The notes under the pieces were generated by a model. That model saw only the letters and a program-made list of their open reading frames with translations. It was not told where the DNA came from and searched no databases. The position numbers and the translations under genes were made by a program. Below, piece by piece: positions 12,380 to 25,675 of a DNA stretch of 64,000 nucleotides. Positions within the stretch are counted from its first letter, which is position 1; each line of letters starts with the position of its first letter. This DNA is from Lama glama (lineage: Eukaryota). The DNA is taken from the NCBI GenBank assembly GCA_028534125.1, contig CM052817.1, forward strand, positions 81,408,001 through 81,472,000, given 5' to 3'.

Positions 12380-12737
12380 TGTCTTAGTCTGTATGGGATG
12401 CTATAAGCATAGCATAGAACACCGTGGACTGAAGGGCTTAGAAACAACAGAAATTTACTTGTCATAGTTCTGGAGTTTGGGGTGGGGGCAGGATCAAAGC
12501 GCTTGCAGATCTGGTGTTTGGTGAGAGTCTACTTTCTGATTCGTGGGCAGCAATCTTGCTCTGTGCCCTTGTATGTCATAAGGGGCAAAGGTGCTCTCTG
12601 AGGTCTCTTTTATAAGAGCACAAATCCACAGAGATGCCCTAATCATCTCCGAAAGTCTCCACTTCCAAATACGAGCATATTGGGGATTAGGTTTCAACAT
12701 ACCAATTTTGGGGGACACAAACATTCAGTCTATAGCA
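12380..12737 (-). mobile_element. MaLR solo LTR (MLT1A-like) nested in Charlie1a
   Basis: Termini 'tgtcttagtc' and 'ggggacacaaacattcagtctatagca', ~360 bp long, with the MLT1A core 'tctcttttataagagcac'. Confidence 0.9.
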
Positions 12738-12973
12738 CTTGATTGATCTTGAACTTCGAATTGATCTTTTATTCGTGCATGGTTTTATAACATCATGCAT
12801 TGATCATTTGGAAAAATATGAACTCACTGAGTTATCCAAACACATTTCATTGTACAACATCCAAAAGAAATCTCATTTGTTAACATCAACACAAGTCACA
12901 TCAGAAACATTGGTCAAGTTCACAGAGGTGGAAGTTAGTATTCCAAAATTCTAATTTTAGTTTGAAAGCTTAA

Positions 12974-13141
12974 TTTTTTTAAATTTTTAAAAATCTATTT
13001 ATTTATTTATTTATTTTTAAAAAATTTTAAAAAAAAATTTAGGGGTAGGTGATTAGGTTTACTTATTAATTTTTTAGAGGATATACTGGGGATTGAACCC
13101 AGGACCTTGTATATGCGAAGCATGAGCTATACCCTCCCTGC
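12974..13141 (-). mobile_element. tRNA-Ala-derived camelid SINE (Vic-1 type)
   Basis: Minus strand 'gggagggtatagctca/tgcttcgcatatacaaggtcctgggttcaatccccagta' with B box GGTTCAATCCC, an A/TAAA-rich tail, and a perfect 11-bp TSD TGAAAGCTTAA (12963-12973 and 13142-13152). Confidence 0.85.
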
Positions 13142-14139
13142 TGAAAGCTTAAATGTTGTCATTGGCAATAAATACTGTCTCCTAGTTTCCTTAAAGCAAG
13201 AGGCTCACCTTATTCATTTTTCAAAAAAATATCTCCCAGGTATCCAAGTCTGAATAACCCTTGTTTGTCTATGTGTTGTTCTTTCAATTAAAAACAGTGT
13301 TCCAAGAAAAAGAGTGCCCAGTTCAACTTGCAACTCACACCACACATGAGATGGGTATTTTTACTTGCTGAACTTCAAATATGGGTTTTATAACACTTTA
13401 TTATTTTACAAGTCTGTCTTCCCCGCCTATAATATAAACATTTGAAAGGCAGGAAATCAGTTTTATTGATTTATTATCAGTGCCTGCACAATACTTACCC
13501 ACATTGGTTCTTAAATGTGTGTGCAATTAATATAAGATTTTTTGATTCTTTCATGAATAAAAGGAGCTATTTCAGAGTTGTCACAATGGTTTAAAAATAT
13601 AATGTTTCTCTCCTTTATATTATTTCTCTCTCTTTTTTGATTGTACCACTAACATGAAGAAAATGAAAATGAAAGAATAGGAAGAAAACAATTATGTTTT
13701 AATAATACAAAAATTGAATCCTAATCTTCAGTATCCATATATACACATTGGAAATGGGCAGTGAATCTGGCTCTTTTTATGAGTGTGCTATTAGCCTTTG
13801 AGAGTTAATTAATAGAGACATAAATTAACTCCATATAAGTGAAAAAGAAAAAAAGATAATGACAAATACAGTTAGATCCCTGCATGCTAACGAGTGAGTT
13901 GGCAGAAAAGTATGAAAGATCTTGCTCTTGCTTTTATTATTTATATACTTCACATTTTTAATAAATATACAAAAAAGTCAAATGCTTAATAGTACAAGAT
14001 AGGGACAAGTGATCACATGCATGCACTTGCTTATGAAACTTCCCTACAGTAATTTCTTTATCACTTACATGGGCTTGGGAGCAAGAGATCTTAATTGGTT
14101 ATAATGTATAGGCATTTAATAATGTGCGTATGTGTGAGA

Positions 14140-14165
14140 GTGTGTGTGTGTGTGTGTGTGTGTGT
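14140..14165. repeat. (GT)13 microsatellite
   Basis: Read directly from the sequence. Confidence 0.95.
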
Positions 14166-15439
14166 ACTCAAGTGCATGCCTATATATATGTGCACATAAA
14201 TACCAAATTTCTTAAACTTTAAATTAAGAAATATGAATTCATAAAACCTGAAATCAATCAGCCATCCAACAACATTCCTTTAATTGTCTACTCGCAATCC
14301 TGTTAGATTTTGTGGGAGAATAAAATGTTAATTTACAGCACCGTTTGACTTGAAGTAGTTTATCTGGTAATTGGAAAAAGAAAATACATACTAATAAAAT
14401 AACAAAAGACTATCTCTAGAATATAACATGAAATAAAGTCACCACCACATTTAAGACTATTATTTACAAGTTGAAATCAAACAAAATGCCTTACCACTAG
14501 TTGCATCCAATTTAACTTTATAAGTTCAACATGATCATAGCAGTTTGTTAACAATAAACCATTGATTATATTTTATAAATGTTTCAAGTGTATACAGTGA
14601 GGAATATTTTTACTTTAATAAATTCGTTTTCCCAGTAGTATTTAATATAGTTGTGTTCTATGTTTCTACATTGCTTTTATAGAAATAGCTATATAGTAAG
14701 TCGAGTCTTTTTGAATTAAATATATGTACTATTAACAATTGACATCTAGTGGGAAAAAATGTGTCTATACTAGACACCTCAGTAACACTGGTAATGAGAA
14801 GATAGCACGAGGTGGCCACATTTTCGATCATGAGACCATATGATTTTAGTTCACTGGATCTAGAATGAACAGCTTGCCCAAGTCAGGAAATTTATAGATT
14901 AGCCAGGAAGCCTTTAAGGTGAACAAGCCTGAAAAGCTCTGCGAAACCCAGCAAGATTGGGCCAATAACACTATATATTATGGAGCATTTTTTAACATCT
15001 ACTGAGAAAATCAGGTAGGTAACAGCAGGAGCTGGAAATGAATGGGTGCTGAGAGCCTGGAGATTCGAATAAGGACCGTGATGGGTCATGTTAAGATGTT
15101 TAAGAACCAGAAATTATCAGGTATAAACTATAAAGTAGAAAAAAATAGAACAATAAAATCAGTTTGTAGTAGAAATAAAAATGACTCAAAGAAGAAGAAT
15201 GGGAAAGGAGGTAGCAGGCTCATATTCACTGCCTGTCTCAAAGGGGAAGAGCCATTAAGTTCTTGCTTCTCAAGTCCCTACTGTTGCCTTGAATCTAGTT
15301 CCAGTCCCCTTATGTCCTGATTTCTGCTCTGGATCTTTCTCATGTATTTCAGTGTAAGCCTCATCTTTCTTACTGAGCCTTATATTAAACCTCCCTTACT
15401 GGAGCATGTTTAAATGACTTGTTTTGGGCAGCCAAAAGT

Positions 15440-17410
15440 CTGACCAAACATTCAATAATGCTTGAGATGCAAAGATATCTCTGCAGCTACAGAGTTCAGT
15501 CATCTGAAGTAGGACAAACATAAATGACTCAAAATGTTTCAGAAACACAGAATCTTTATTTTTACAACGGAGATCATATGTTACTAATTTTCCCACCCTG
15601 CAAATCTATAAATCCAGACATAAACTTTCTTGACTTTAGTTTTTTGTTTGCAAAAGGCTGCTAGACAACATCATTTGAACGCCTCATAGCATTCTTCCTT
15701 GGCCTTTCACTATTTTCTACTAAAACAAGAATCTTTTTGTCTTCCTATTATTAGTTAATGTCGCTATGATGCAGCCAATGATGTTAGGTTGTACCCTAGT
15801 GTCATCATTTATTTCAGTTTTGCCAACTCCAAAAGGCAGACAGAGCCCATGGATTGGTCTTCCCCTTGCCTTCTTTTTCGGTAACAGCTGATCTTTTTCC
15901 TAAGTAAGCCCTGATAACCGTTTAAATGGCTTCCCTGCTAAACCAGCTTCAAAATTAATCTCAATAAGAACAGATCCTGTGGGTCATTCATTCCCTTTCT
16001 CAGATACCCTCAGTAGGTTCCTGTTGTTACTAAGTCAAGTCCCGATTCCCTGGCCTCTTTAAAAGTCAAATTGTAGTTTTCCAAAATTACTGCTTATCAC
16101 TACTTTAAATACAATTTTCACATCAGTCAAACTGGGTAACCATGAGATGTTTCTACAAGGTTTGCCCTCCTACCCATTCTCTTCTCTCTACTTAGATGCC
16201 TTCCCCAAACTTTCTATCAAAATCCCACCTTTTATTTTCAATTATATTTACTGAAACTTGTCACTAAATATAATCTCTTTCTTACCTGAATTCTCCTAAT
16301 CATTCTGAACATCTCTTAAGATACAAACTGATTATTTGTGTAGTATATTACCACTCTCCTGCTCAATTGTAAGCTTCTGAAGGGTGGGGAGCATGCATAT
16401 TCATTATTGCACTGTCTGCCCCCACCCATTACCCTGCCTTGGCATTGTTATTCCTCTGCAAGAATGTTGAATAAATAAATGTACTATGACTAACACAGAG
16501 AGCCACTGAGCTGCTTTTATAAAAAGCAACCTCATTTAATATACCCACAACATGATATTTTCATTTTAATTCAAATGAACATATCTTCCTATCCCACACA
16601 AATCTGTTTCTCCTCCTGGATTCCCACTTACTGTTTGGCTACATAATCCATTTGGTTGTCCAAGTCAAAAATGTAGGAATCACTCTACCCATCTTCCTTT
16701 ACTTTACTCTTCATATTAAACTCCATCCCCCCTACCCCCAACTTATCTTTTCTATCTGTTCTTACTTCTCCTCACTGTTACTAAATGGTTCAGCTTCTCT
16801 CTCTCTCTTCTGGTCTTCCTACTTTCAGTCTCAAACTTCTGCAATCCATCTTCTAAACTATTGAAAAAGTAATCTTTTGAATATAAAAAAAAATCTGATC
16901 ACTATATTCCTTTGTTAAAATGTTTTCTCCCCCATTGGCTGCCTTTAAACTATGTAAAACTGAGCTCTTCTGAATAATTCTTCATGATATGGCCCCTAAC
17001 TAGCATTCCTAATTATCTCTTAGCTTTATCCCCTAATATACACTTTGTACATACTAAATTACTTGAGATTTGTATGCTTCCAGACCTTTGGAAGCATTTT
17101 ATGTGGAATACTGCCTTCCTACATCTTCAGTTCACCATAAAAACTCCTACATAACCTTCAGCTTTAAGTTTCTTTGTGAAACCTTTGCTGAACTCCTTCA
17201 GCAGTCTTAGGTCTTCTTTCCTCTGTGTTTAGACTGGATGTCAGGCCTAGTGCTTTAAAGCAGTCATGTTGTGTTTGTCTACGTTGCCATTAGACTCTCA
17301 GGGACACAGATTGATTTTTTTTAAAGGCATATACCTTTAGAATCTGGTGGAATATATTTCATGCAGATATTCGATAGGAACATTATAAATTCTTGTGAAA
17401 GAATTGATGA
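15440..17410 (+). mobile_element. Degraded L2 fragments (at least two 3' ends)
   Basis: L2-type tails 'gaatgttgaataaataaatg' (~16460-16482) and 'ttgtgaaagaattgatgaa' (~17393-17411), with pyrimidine-rich L2 body motifs; boundaries are approximate. Confidence 0.55.
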
Positions 17411-18479
17411 ACAAATTAATATAAATTATAAGAAAGAGAACCTCCATATTGCTTAAATTTTAATTTATATATTCCATTGTCAGTAATTGTCAAATCATCC
17501 TTTGGGATATAAGAGGAGCATTAAGCATTATCTGTGTTCTTTGCAAAGGAATTGCCGTGAATAAAAATCATAACATGAATCAACAATAATATAACCCAAA
17601 TGTTTATTCCTTAAGTAATAAAAAGTAAAATGAGTAAACATCACTAAATATAAAATACTAGATTATGCTTAAATTTACATTGTCATGAAATAAAAAAAAC
17701 GCATATAGAACATTTTGTACTTTCAAAATGTGACACCCTGAAATACCTATATGTCCCTTTTCAATGATGAGAATAATTGAGTTGGCTTTTTTCAATAATG
17801 ATTGTCATAATTTTTGTCATGCCAATGCCCTTAAAATCTATGCAGGTTAAAGATAAAGGCCAAAATAATGTCTATCCCTTAGCAAAACTAAGCCATTAGT
17901 AAAAACTTTATTATAGTATTAAGAAGTATTATTCTTCAATAAAAAGTGAATGTATTTTATATCACAACAGTTGAATTGGCTCCCACTTTAGACCAGAAAC
18001 ACTCAAGTATTTTAGAGAATTAATAAGGTCCATAAATATCACTTTCATCAAGTTATAATCTCTATTTCTCCATTACAGCTAAATTTATATTCATTTCACA
18101 TTCTACTTTGGAGACATAAGTCAGAATTTTAAACATAATTAATACAATTAACTTTTAAGGATATTTCAATGTATTAACTATCCAGAGTTAAGACAGGATC
18201 TTTGGCATCGAAGTATATATCCCAATATCAACAGTTTATGTCAAGGACACTAGAATAAAGAGAAATGAACAGTAGGATTTTTTAATGAACGGAAGTACCT
18301 TGGTTTTAATGTCTGAAAAGAAAAGTTCCAATATAGTACACTGTAAAATATTCACTTTGTCTTAAAATGATCATGAAAGACTATGATACCAAGATGATTC
18401 ACATGTTTGTTTTATAGCTTTATAAATCAAACTTAATCACCTATTGATATAAAATTCTAATTCTTGAGCTTTTATTGCA

Positions 18480-18670
18480 AAGAACTGTGCTGCATCCTAA
18501 AAGCACATTATTTTAGTTAATTATCACAATTCTCTGAAGTAAGTCCTATTACCACTGTTACAGTGAGGCATAGATGAAAAAAAAACTTCCCATGGTCATG
18601 CAAAGTAATAGTGGGTTTGCAATGAAATAGTCTGAATCCAGTCTGTATACTTTATTGCTCAGTTATACTA
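18480..18670 (-). mobile_element. MIR fragment
   Basis: 'cacaattctctgaagtaagtcctattaccactgttacagtgaggcatag...cttcccatggtcatgca' is the antisense of the MIR core. Confidence 0.5.
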
Positions 18671-18829
18671 ACTAGCCTACATATAATTTTATTTTAGATC
18701 AACATTGGAAGGTGTTCAAGAGAAGTACATAGCAACCTGGTAGTGATTTTATAGAAGAGATTAAACATTAGATTGGAAGTGGATTAAGCAAAAATGTAAG
18801 GATGATTCCATCCTTGTAATTCTGGGAGG

Positions 18830-19505
18830 CTCTCACCACCTTCGTTGTCACCATATTCTCTCAACTGGACAACTGCTTTACCTGCTTACCTGCTGTCTCC
18901 AATTCACTCTGTTCTACCTCCACTCTATTCCCCATACTACAGTTAGAATAGTCCTTCTGAATCTATGTGGCTTCACAATTTAAAGATCCGAAATGGACAA
19001 GAATATTTAAAATGATTTTTAAACCCAACGTAGGTTAACTCCTGTCATTCCAAGCTCTCCTTGCACTACTGTAATTTAAGCCATACTTGCAGGACCACTG
19101 CTCAGCCGTGAAAGGTAGCTAGTGAGGTACCCCAGGGGCACCATTTATGCAATCTACAAAAGAATTGAGAGCATCAGTTAAGATGAACATTATAATTTCT
19201 CTGTCGAAAGGCCTCTGCAAAGATTGTTTCCTCTGCATAGATAATTGTCTCCTCCACTCCTGGTCACTCCTTACATCCCAGTTCACTTGTTATCTTCCAA
19301 GGTCAGCCTTCCTTGAGGCGGGAGTTTAGGACAGGTTCCTTTCCTCCAGTACAAAATTACAGAGTTGGTAATGTCATCATCTGATGAACATCATCTTGCC
19401 ATATTGGACTTACGAGAACATGTTAGCATTTGCCACCACTGTATCCATTATACCTAGCAATGCAGGACCAAGTAAGTGCTCAGTAAATATGTTGAATAAA
19501 TGACA
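18830..19505 (+). mobile_element. L2 3' end
   Basis: It ends 'cctagcaatgcaggaccaagtaagtgctcagtaaatatgttgaataaatga', the canonical L2a/b tail. Confidence 0.65.
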
Positions 19506-21024
19506 ATATTACATGAATTTAGGCCCTCTCCTCTATGAGTCATGGAGAACATATGAAGGCATTCTCTGAAGAAGAGTCTAACACAAAATGCAGTAAAAAG
19601 GACAATAAGGTCATTGTCTAGAATAATATACATCTTGAAAAACATGTATCTTGTATATTTCCAAATGTAAATTGATTTGTAAAAATGCTTCTCAAATTTA
19701 TTTATACTTAATACTTACTTTTATTTGAAATTTATATTTCAAGTTTATAAAAAATAATGTTTTCAAAAGATTGGGAATAAGCAGGCTATAATTATGTTCA
19801 AAAATTAAAAAATTACTTGAGAAATCAATGGATAAAAATCTGATAATTTATGTTGATAAAAATTGAGATATTGCTGACATAAAGGTGACATTTTTCTGTC
19901 TTTAAGTTGGACTTCCCACTTAAATTCTTACCCAGGGGAAAATTTTAAATATTTACTAACCTCCAAAATATGGGCATTGGCCCCTCAGAGCAGATGCTGT
20001 CATACCTATAATGAAAGGCAACTGACATAATTGCTCCAAGGGTGCCCGTGCGTCTTTGTTGATTATCAGCTCTGGCTGTATTTTCTCACTCCTTGGTCAA
20101 AGTAGGGCATCTTGAAATAGTTATTTTAAGATTGTTGTATTTTTAAATGAATTTACTAATTTAATGAATATTCACTGTGTCAGGTATTTTGCTGGGTTTA
20201 CAGTGGTAAACAAAACCATGTATAATTCTTGTCTGTCTGGAGTGTATAGTCCTCTGATGCAGCTTCCATGACTCCCTGACTTCTACAGGACAGCCTGACC
20301 ATCCTTTAAGACCTTTCAGTCAACCTGTGTGGTAAGAGACTGTTTTGGAGATTCAGGTGCTTTCCTGGTGTCTGGCTGGTTCTCACATTATCGTGCTCTT
20401 TCTCTTTATAACCCTCCCCAATCCCTCGCCCCCAGTGCACTGCTAGACAGGTATGGCCTAAAACACTCATCTGTTGTAAGGATAGGAGGCCTCACTTTGG
20501 CCTGTGGTCAAGTCACATTCTCCTGTCGAGCTTTTACCAAGCAGCCCCACATCGTCCATCATATTATGCTTACAGAAGTTAATAAAATTAATTTTCTTTT
20601 TCCATCTGGCTGATCATCTTTGTTAGTATACTCCACGGGTTTGGACTTGAAGGGGAGATTGAATGAGAGGCACACCAAATTCTCGGAGATTTTACGATAG
20701 ATCCCAGGAGTAGAAAATTCTGGATTAGGCAGTTTGCCTTACTTTCTGAACTCACCTCATTTTTTCTACTCTGTTACTCCTCATTCTATTACAGTTTGAC
20801 TTTCACCTTTACTGAAATCATCAGTGATTTATTAATTGCAAGCCCCACAGTTAATATTCATATCTCAAATGAAATGACTCTTTCCCAGTTACAGAAATTC
20901 AAAGTCTATGCTCTTATTCACAGCACTTGAAACTCTTGTCCCAACCTATTTTTAGTATGTTTAAAATCTTTTCCACTATTCTTAAAAAGTCATTTTATAA
21001 CTTCATCTTCCTTCATTATCAGTT

Positions 21025-21658
21025 GTCAAGACTATGAAGAAAAGGGAACCCTAGTACACTATTGGTGGGAATGTGAATTGGTATGGCCATTATAGAAAAT
21101 AATATGGAGGGTCCTCAAAAAATTAAAAACAAAACTACCATATGATCCAATAATCCCACTTCTGGGTATATATCCAAAGGACATGAAGTAATGATCCAAA
21201 GAGATTTCTGCACTCCCATGTTCACTGCAGCATTATTCAGAATAGTCAAAATATGGAAACATTTTAAGTGTTTGTCTATAGATGAATGGGTAAAAAAAAT
21301 GTGATATATGTACTACACATACACACACACAGTGGAATATTATTCAACCTTTAAAAAGGAAGGAATCCTAACATTTGTGACAATGACAACATTGATGAAC
21401 TAGGAGAACATTATGCTTAGTGAAATAAGCCAGACAAAGAAAGATACTCACTAATGATCTCACTAATATTAGGAATATAAAAGAATTAAACTCAGAAACA
21501 GAGAGTAGAAGGGTGGTTACCAGGGGATAGAAAGGTTGGGGATAATGAAGAGAGATATTGGTCAAAAAGTATAAACTTTCCGTTTTAAAATGAATAAAGT
21601 TCTGGAGACCTAATGCACATTATGGTGATTATAGTTAATAGATTTAAAGTACTCTCAC

Positions 21659-21689
<31 letters not shown>

Positions 21690-21825
21690 AATGGTGACTA
21701 TGTGAGATGACAAATATGTTAGCTTGATTGTGGTAATCATTTTACAATGTATATGTATATCAGAACATCACATAGTACACATTAAATGTATACAATTTTG
21801 TTTGTCAATAGAGCTGAAAAAAATT
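21025..21825 (+). mobile_element. LINE-1 3' end (L1MA8/9-like), with an internal (CA)n at ~21660-21683
   Basis: ORF2 C-terminal DNA ('actaccatatgatccaataatcccacttctgggtatatatccaaagg') followed by an L1MA-type 3' UTR ('gcttgattgtggtaatcattttacaatgtata') and an A-rich end. Confidence 0.9.
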
Positions 21826-24800
21826 TTTAAAGAATGAGCTAGCTTTATACTTCACAGATAATTGGAAGTTATCAGATGGATACCACCTCAGTTCTCTCCC
21901 TTCCCTGTACCACCCATTCCCCCAACAAACTCACCTGCCAACGTGTTAAGGTTTACCTCCTTCCTTCTACCGAATGGAAACAGGTGTTCCTCTTCCTGGC
22001 TAAAGCTAGTTCTTACACAGTCTTACCAGGAATTTCACTATATCATCTCCCAACTTTTACTCATTTTAAATTACTTAAATATATCAAAGCAAGAGGTGTC
22101 TAAGACCCACTCAAAATCTTTTATGAATCCTCTTAGATACGAGGCATGAGGAGGGCATCGGTTGGGAAACCTTTGGTTTACTCATATGCTGAGCACATAT
22201 ATGTTGAGTATCTCCTACGCAGAAGGCAATATTCTTGGGTTTTATTTGAGGTAAACTACAGAAACCAATCAAATCAAGTTTGGGATTCACTGCCCTCGAA
22301 AAGATATGATAATCAAGTCCTTCTGGTGAAATATTTTAGTCTAGATTTCTAAACTTATGAAGCAGAGTTGTAGCAAAAATTCTTTCCTACTTATATATCA
22401 AAGCCTGTTAATTGTTATTTTATGTGTATGTGAGGTAGCATCTCTCTGCTAAGGAGGAAGAGGTCTTATGCTAATCCAAAGTACCTTAAAAATCCTCATG
22501 GTAGTAAAAATGCCTGCAACGAAAACCATTGATAACTATAATGTCATACAGGGAGTTTGACTGATAAGGTTGCTTATATTGCTTTTAAAAAACATGTACA
22601 AATAAATTAGTTTTGAAAGAAATCATATTAAAGGATCTATTTTAAAGAATCTGTCTGTGTCCTGTTTATGGTAAAGAGAATTGCATTCATTTATTTCATA
22701 AGGACATGGCTTATCGAATTTGGTCCCTCATTTTTCTTAATTAATATTATCTGGGGAATCATTTTGACATGAACAACGATGCAATGTCTTTTGTTGCCTT
22801 TGGTGATACTTACTATTGGATCTATGATGACTTGTTTGTAATTTTCACTGCATAAAGTGTCCACCCTGCTCGACTGTCCCCTGCAGGAGATGGTGGCACA
22901 CTATGGATCAGGACCAGCCTGTTAAAACAGAGACCTCTTGGGCACATTGCTATGCTAATTTATATTAATAAAAAAAATTTTAAAGGACTATCAATCTTTT
23001 AAAAAAAAATCCCATTTAGCTACTAAGAGATACTAGGGTCAGTGAACTGTGTAGGCTCAGGAAAATGACAGTCTAGTCGTTGTAATGGACTGAAGATGAT
23101 GAGCACAGATTGTAAGAACTGTTCCAGTGACCTGTATCATACGATGCTCAGCTTTGTTGTGACAGTTTTGCACAGAGTACCTGCCAAAAGAATATACTAT
23201 TACATATTTTCTTAAGAAATGTGTGTTTGTATTGCATTAAAAGAAGAAAGGATGTCTCAATAAGACATTAGAAGATGAATCCCCCACATTAGTTTTTTCA
23301 TAGGCCCCCAATGTGGGGGAAATGGTAAAATAAGCTTGCTGAGTAACTGGAGTTTTCAGCATTACCTGTATTTGTAATTTTTAAGTTCTCTCTAGCTTGG
23401 CAGATGCATTTAATTAAATTAGAGGATTAGAAAATGAAACAATGAAAGCTATTCTGCAGGAAAGGCTCTGGATAAAGAAATGTATGCAAGGTCCTGTTTG
23501 CTTTCAGTTACAGCCATGTTTTAAAAACTAAATTCATGTTACCCTTTCTTGACTCCTTTGGACGTTTTCTGACTTTTGTTTTCTTAATAGGAAAATAAAA
23601 ATTGAGTACTTTTTTATTGTTCACTTGAATTCTCTTTTCTATGTAGTCAATAAGCATTCTTCTGTTTCCTAAAAAAAAAAAAAGTGTAATATAGTCCACA
23701 CACTATAAGCATAGCTAACATTCAAAAACACATTTAAAGTGACGTCCTTCATGAACACTGAGCACAGGCACTGAGAGACAAAGACATGACATGGCTCCCT
23801 TTGGACTCTCCTTCCTCTTGGCCCAAGCCACTTCCCAGGGTGCTCTGATGTCCACAATCTTATCTTCCTATTCTAGGCCAGACAGATGTATTTCTCAGCT
23901 AGTGCTGTAAACTATTTGCTTTATAATTAATATCTTTAAGGTCTGGATGTTGACAGTAAGAATAACATTTAAACTGCTAAACATGTCGCTGTCAACATAC
24001 TAAAAACTGAAGGCCATACAATGTGTCCAGGGTCACCATACTATATCCTTCATTTTCCCAGTAAAATGTGTCTATTTGGATAGTGGTGTTTTTGGAAACA
24101 AAAGGGGAAATTAAATAAACTCTGTTTTGCGGTTCTGTGCCAACCTCTGTTCAAATGTATTGATTTTGACAACCCAGTACAAGAACTTTCCAGTCATCTA
24201 GCTTGTTTAGGGGAACCAGAAAGACAACAGGAGACTACCATGACGTAGGTGGGAACTATCAACAAATGCAACATGAATTACCATCTACTTCTCCAAGAGG
24301 ATGATTTGTTTAGTGTATTTTAAAAATTTAGTAGTAACTGTTCTAAATGCAGGTGCAAAATCAGTGATTCTTTGTTGCAAGTTGTATACAGAATATTCAG
24401 TATAGTTTGGCATTTTATTTTGAAGGTCTGTGTTATAAAACATCAGCTCACATCTTAAGCTTATCAATGCTCAGTTCCTGGTTCCCAACAGCCTACTTTC
24501 CTTGTTTATGAAAGACATGCCATTGAGACCTCTTTTAACTCCCTGCTTTAGTTGACTCGAACGCAGAGTGGAGAAAAAACCAGAGAGGCTAACACAGTGG
24601 TTTGGGTTCTCTTATTTTTCTCCAGCTCCCGCTTCACTACGGGCAATTTCCATGTCATCAAAGAAGTGTCTTAATATACTATGATCTTGTTGTGTAAAAT
24701 GTGCTTATATTTATCTGACCATATTAAGAACTTCATTGAAAATATTTCAGATGTCGTTGTTGAAGACCTTTTCATTCTCTAGATTAGAACAGAGAAACCC

Positions 24801-25454
24801 AAAGTCCTTTGTGCAGCACATCAACAAAAAACTTTAAATCGGATTAGTAATGGGGTTAAATGAATGATGCAATGTGTTTGGAAAAGGAAAAATAAAAAAA
24901 CCACAAACCAGCTCTCATCGATTTCTTGCTTTAATTCCGAGGCTACGACACTGCCGACGTGATTGAGCAAACTTTTCCTTTCTCCCTCCTTTAATTCCAT
25001 TTTTGCTTGCAAATAAAATTCAACTTTGAAACCATTATTTGAAATCATTCTAATTGTACAACAAATGGGGCCAGAGACAAATTTTAAGTAAAACCTGAAC
25101 TTGGTGTCTTCCATTAGATATCACAGAATATGACTTAATGGAATTTTAATTTTAAGTCACAGGAAACGTAAACACCAGGGGGATTTAAGATGAAGCTGGT
25201 GAATCTTGAGTTTCAGCACTCCTCACTCACACAGTTCTCTTCTAAGGCCCAGTCCTTATTTATTTTGAGTAATAATGTCTATTTCCAAGAGGAGAGCTAT
25301 AATATTGAAAACATGGTTGCTTCCAGGATAAAATGTCCTGCTTTCTCACCAGTTCCTATACTTTTGAATTTTCTGTCTATTTTACAGCATTCATTCTAAG
25401 AGAAACTACCTTTTATATCTCATAGAGGTTATTCATTTTTTTCTTGAACTGGCA

Positions 25455-25675
25455 ATTACATTTTTATTCTTAAAATTTCAATGTGAATGAAGCATAATTT
25501 GCATAATATAAAATGCCCAAATATTAATGGTACCACATTGACAAATGTATATATATCCATGTAATCACCATCACAATGAAAATATAGACCATTTCCATCA
25601 CTTGGAAAGTTCTGTCGGGCCCATGCCCCTCTCTATGCAAATACTCCTGCCTCAGGCAAACAATCTGATTGATTA
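25455..25675 (-). mobile_element. Old LINE-1 3' UTR fragment (L1MC/L1ME-like)
   Basis: 'catgtaatcaccatcacaatgaaaatatagaccatttccatcac..gaaagtt' is the antisense of an old L1 3' UTR. Confidence 0.65.

Larger units (their letters stand above)
11835..13340 (-). mobile_element. hAT-Charlie DNA transposon (Charlie1a-like), interrupted by two younger insertions
   Basis: The minus strand of about 12181-12225 translates as SFPITYLWEARLFL, resembling the hAT C-terminal dimerisation motif FPTTYLCEAGFS. The flanking AT-rich sequence follows Charlie1a on both sides of the inserts. Confidence 0.85.

Noticed and set aside
13085..13141. tRNA gene
   Set aside because: It is the tRNA-like head of a SINE with a tail and TSD; the D-arm/A box is deleted, so no cloverleaf can form.
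16382..16427. gggtgggg...ccccaccc hairpin
   Set aside because: An 8-bp low-complexity stem inside a decayed L2 tail; within chance expectation.
24821..25114. 97-aa minus-strand ORF with protein-like composition (MELKEGERKSLLNHVGSVVASELKQEIDE)
   Set aside because: No recognisable homolog and only weak splice signals (gcaag acceptor, gtttgt donor); better treated as non-coding unless tblastn or PhyloCSF says otherwise.
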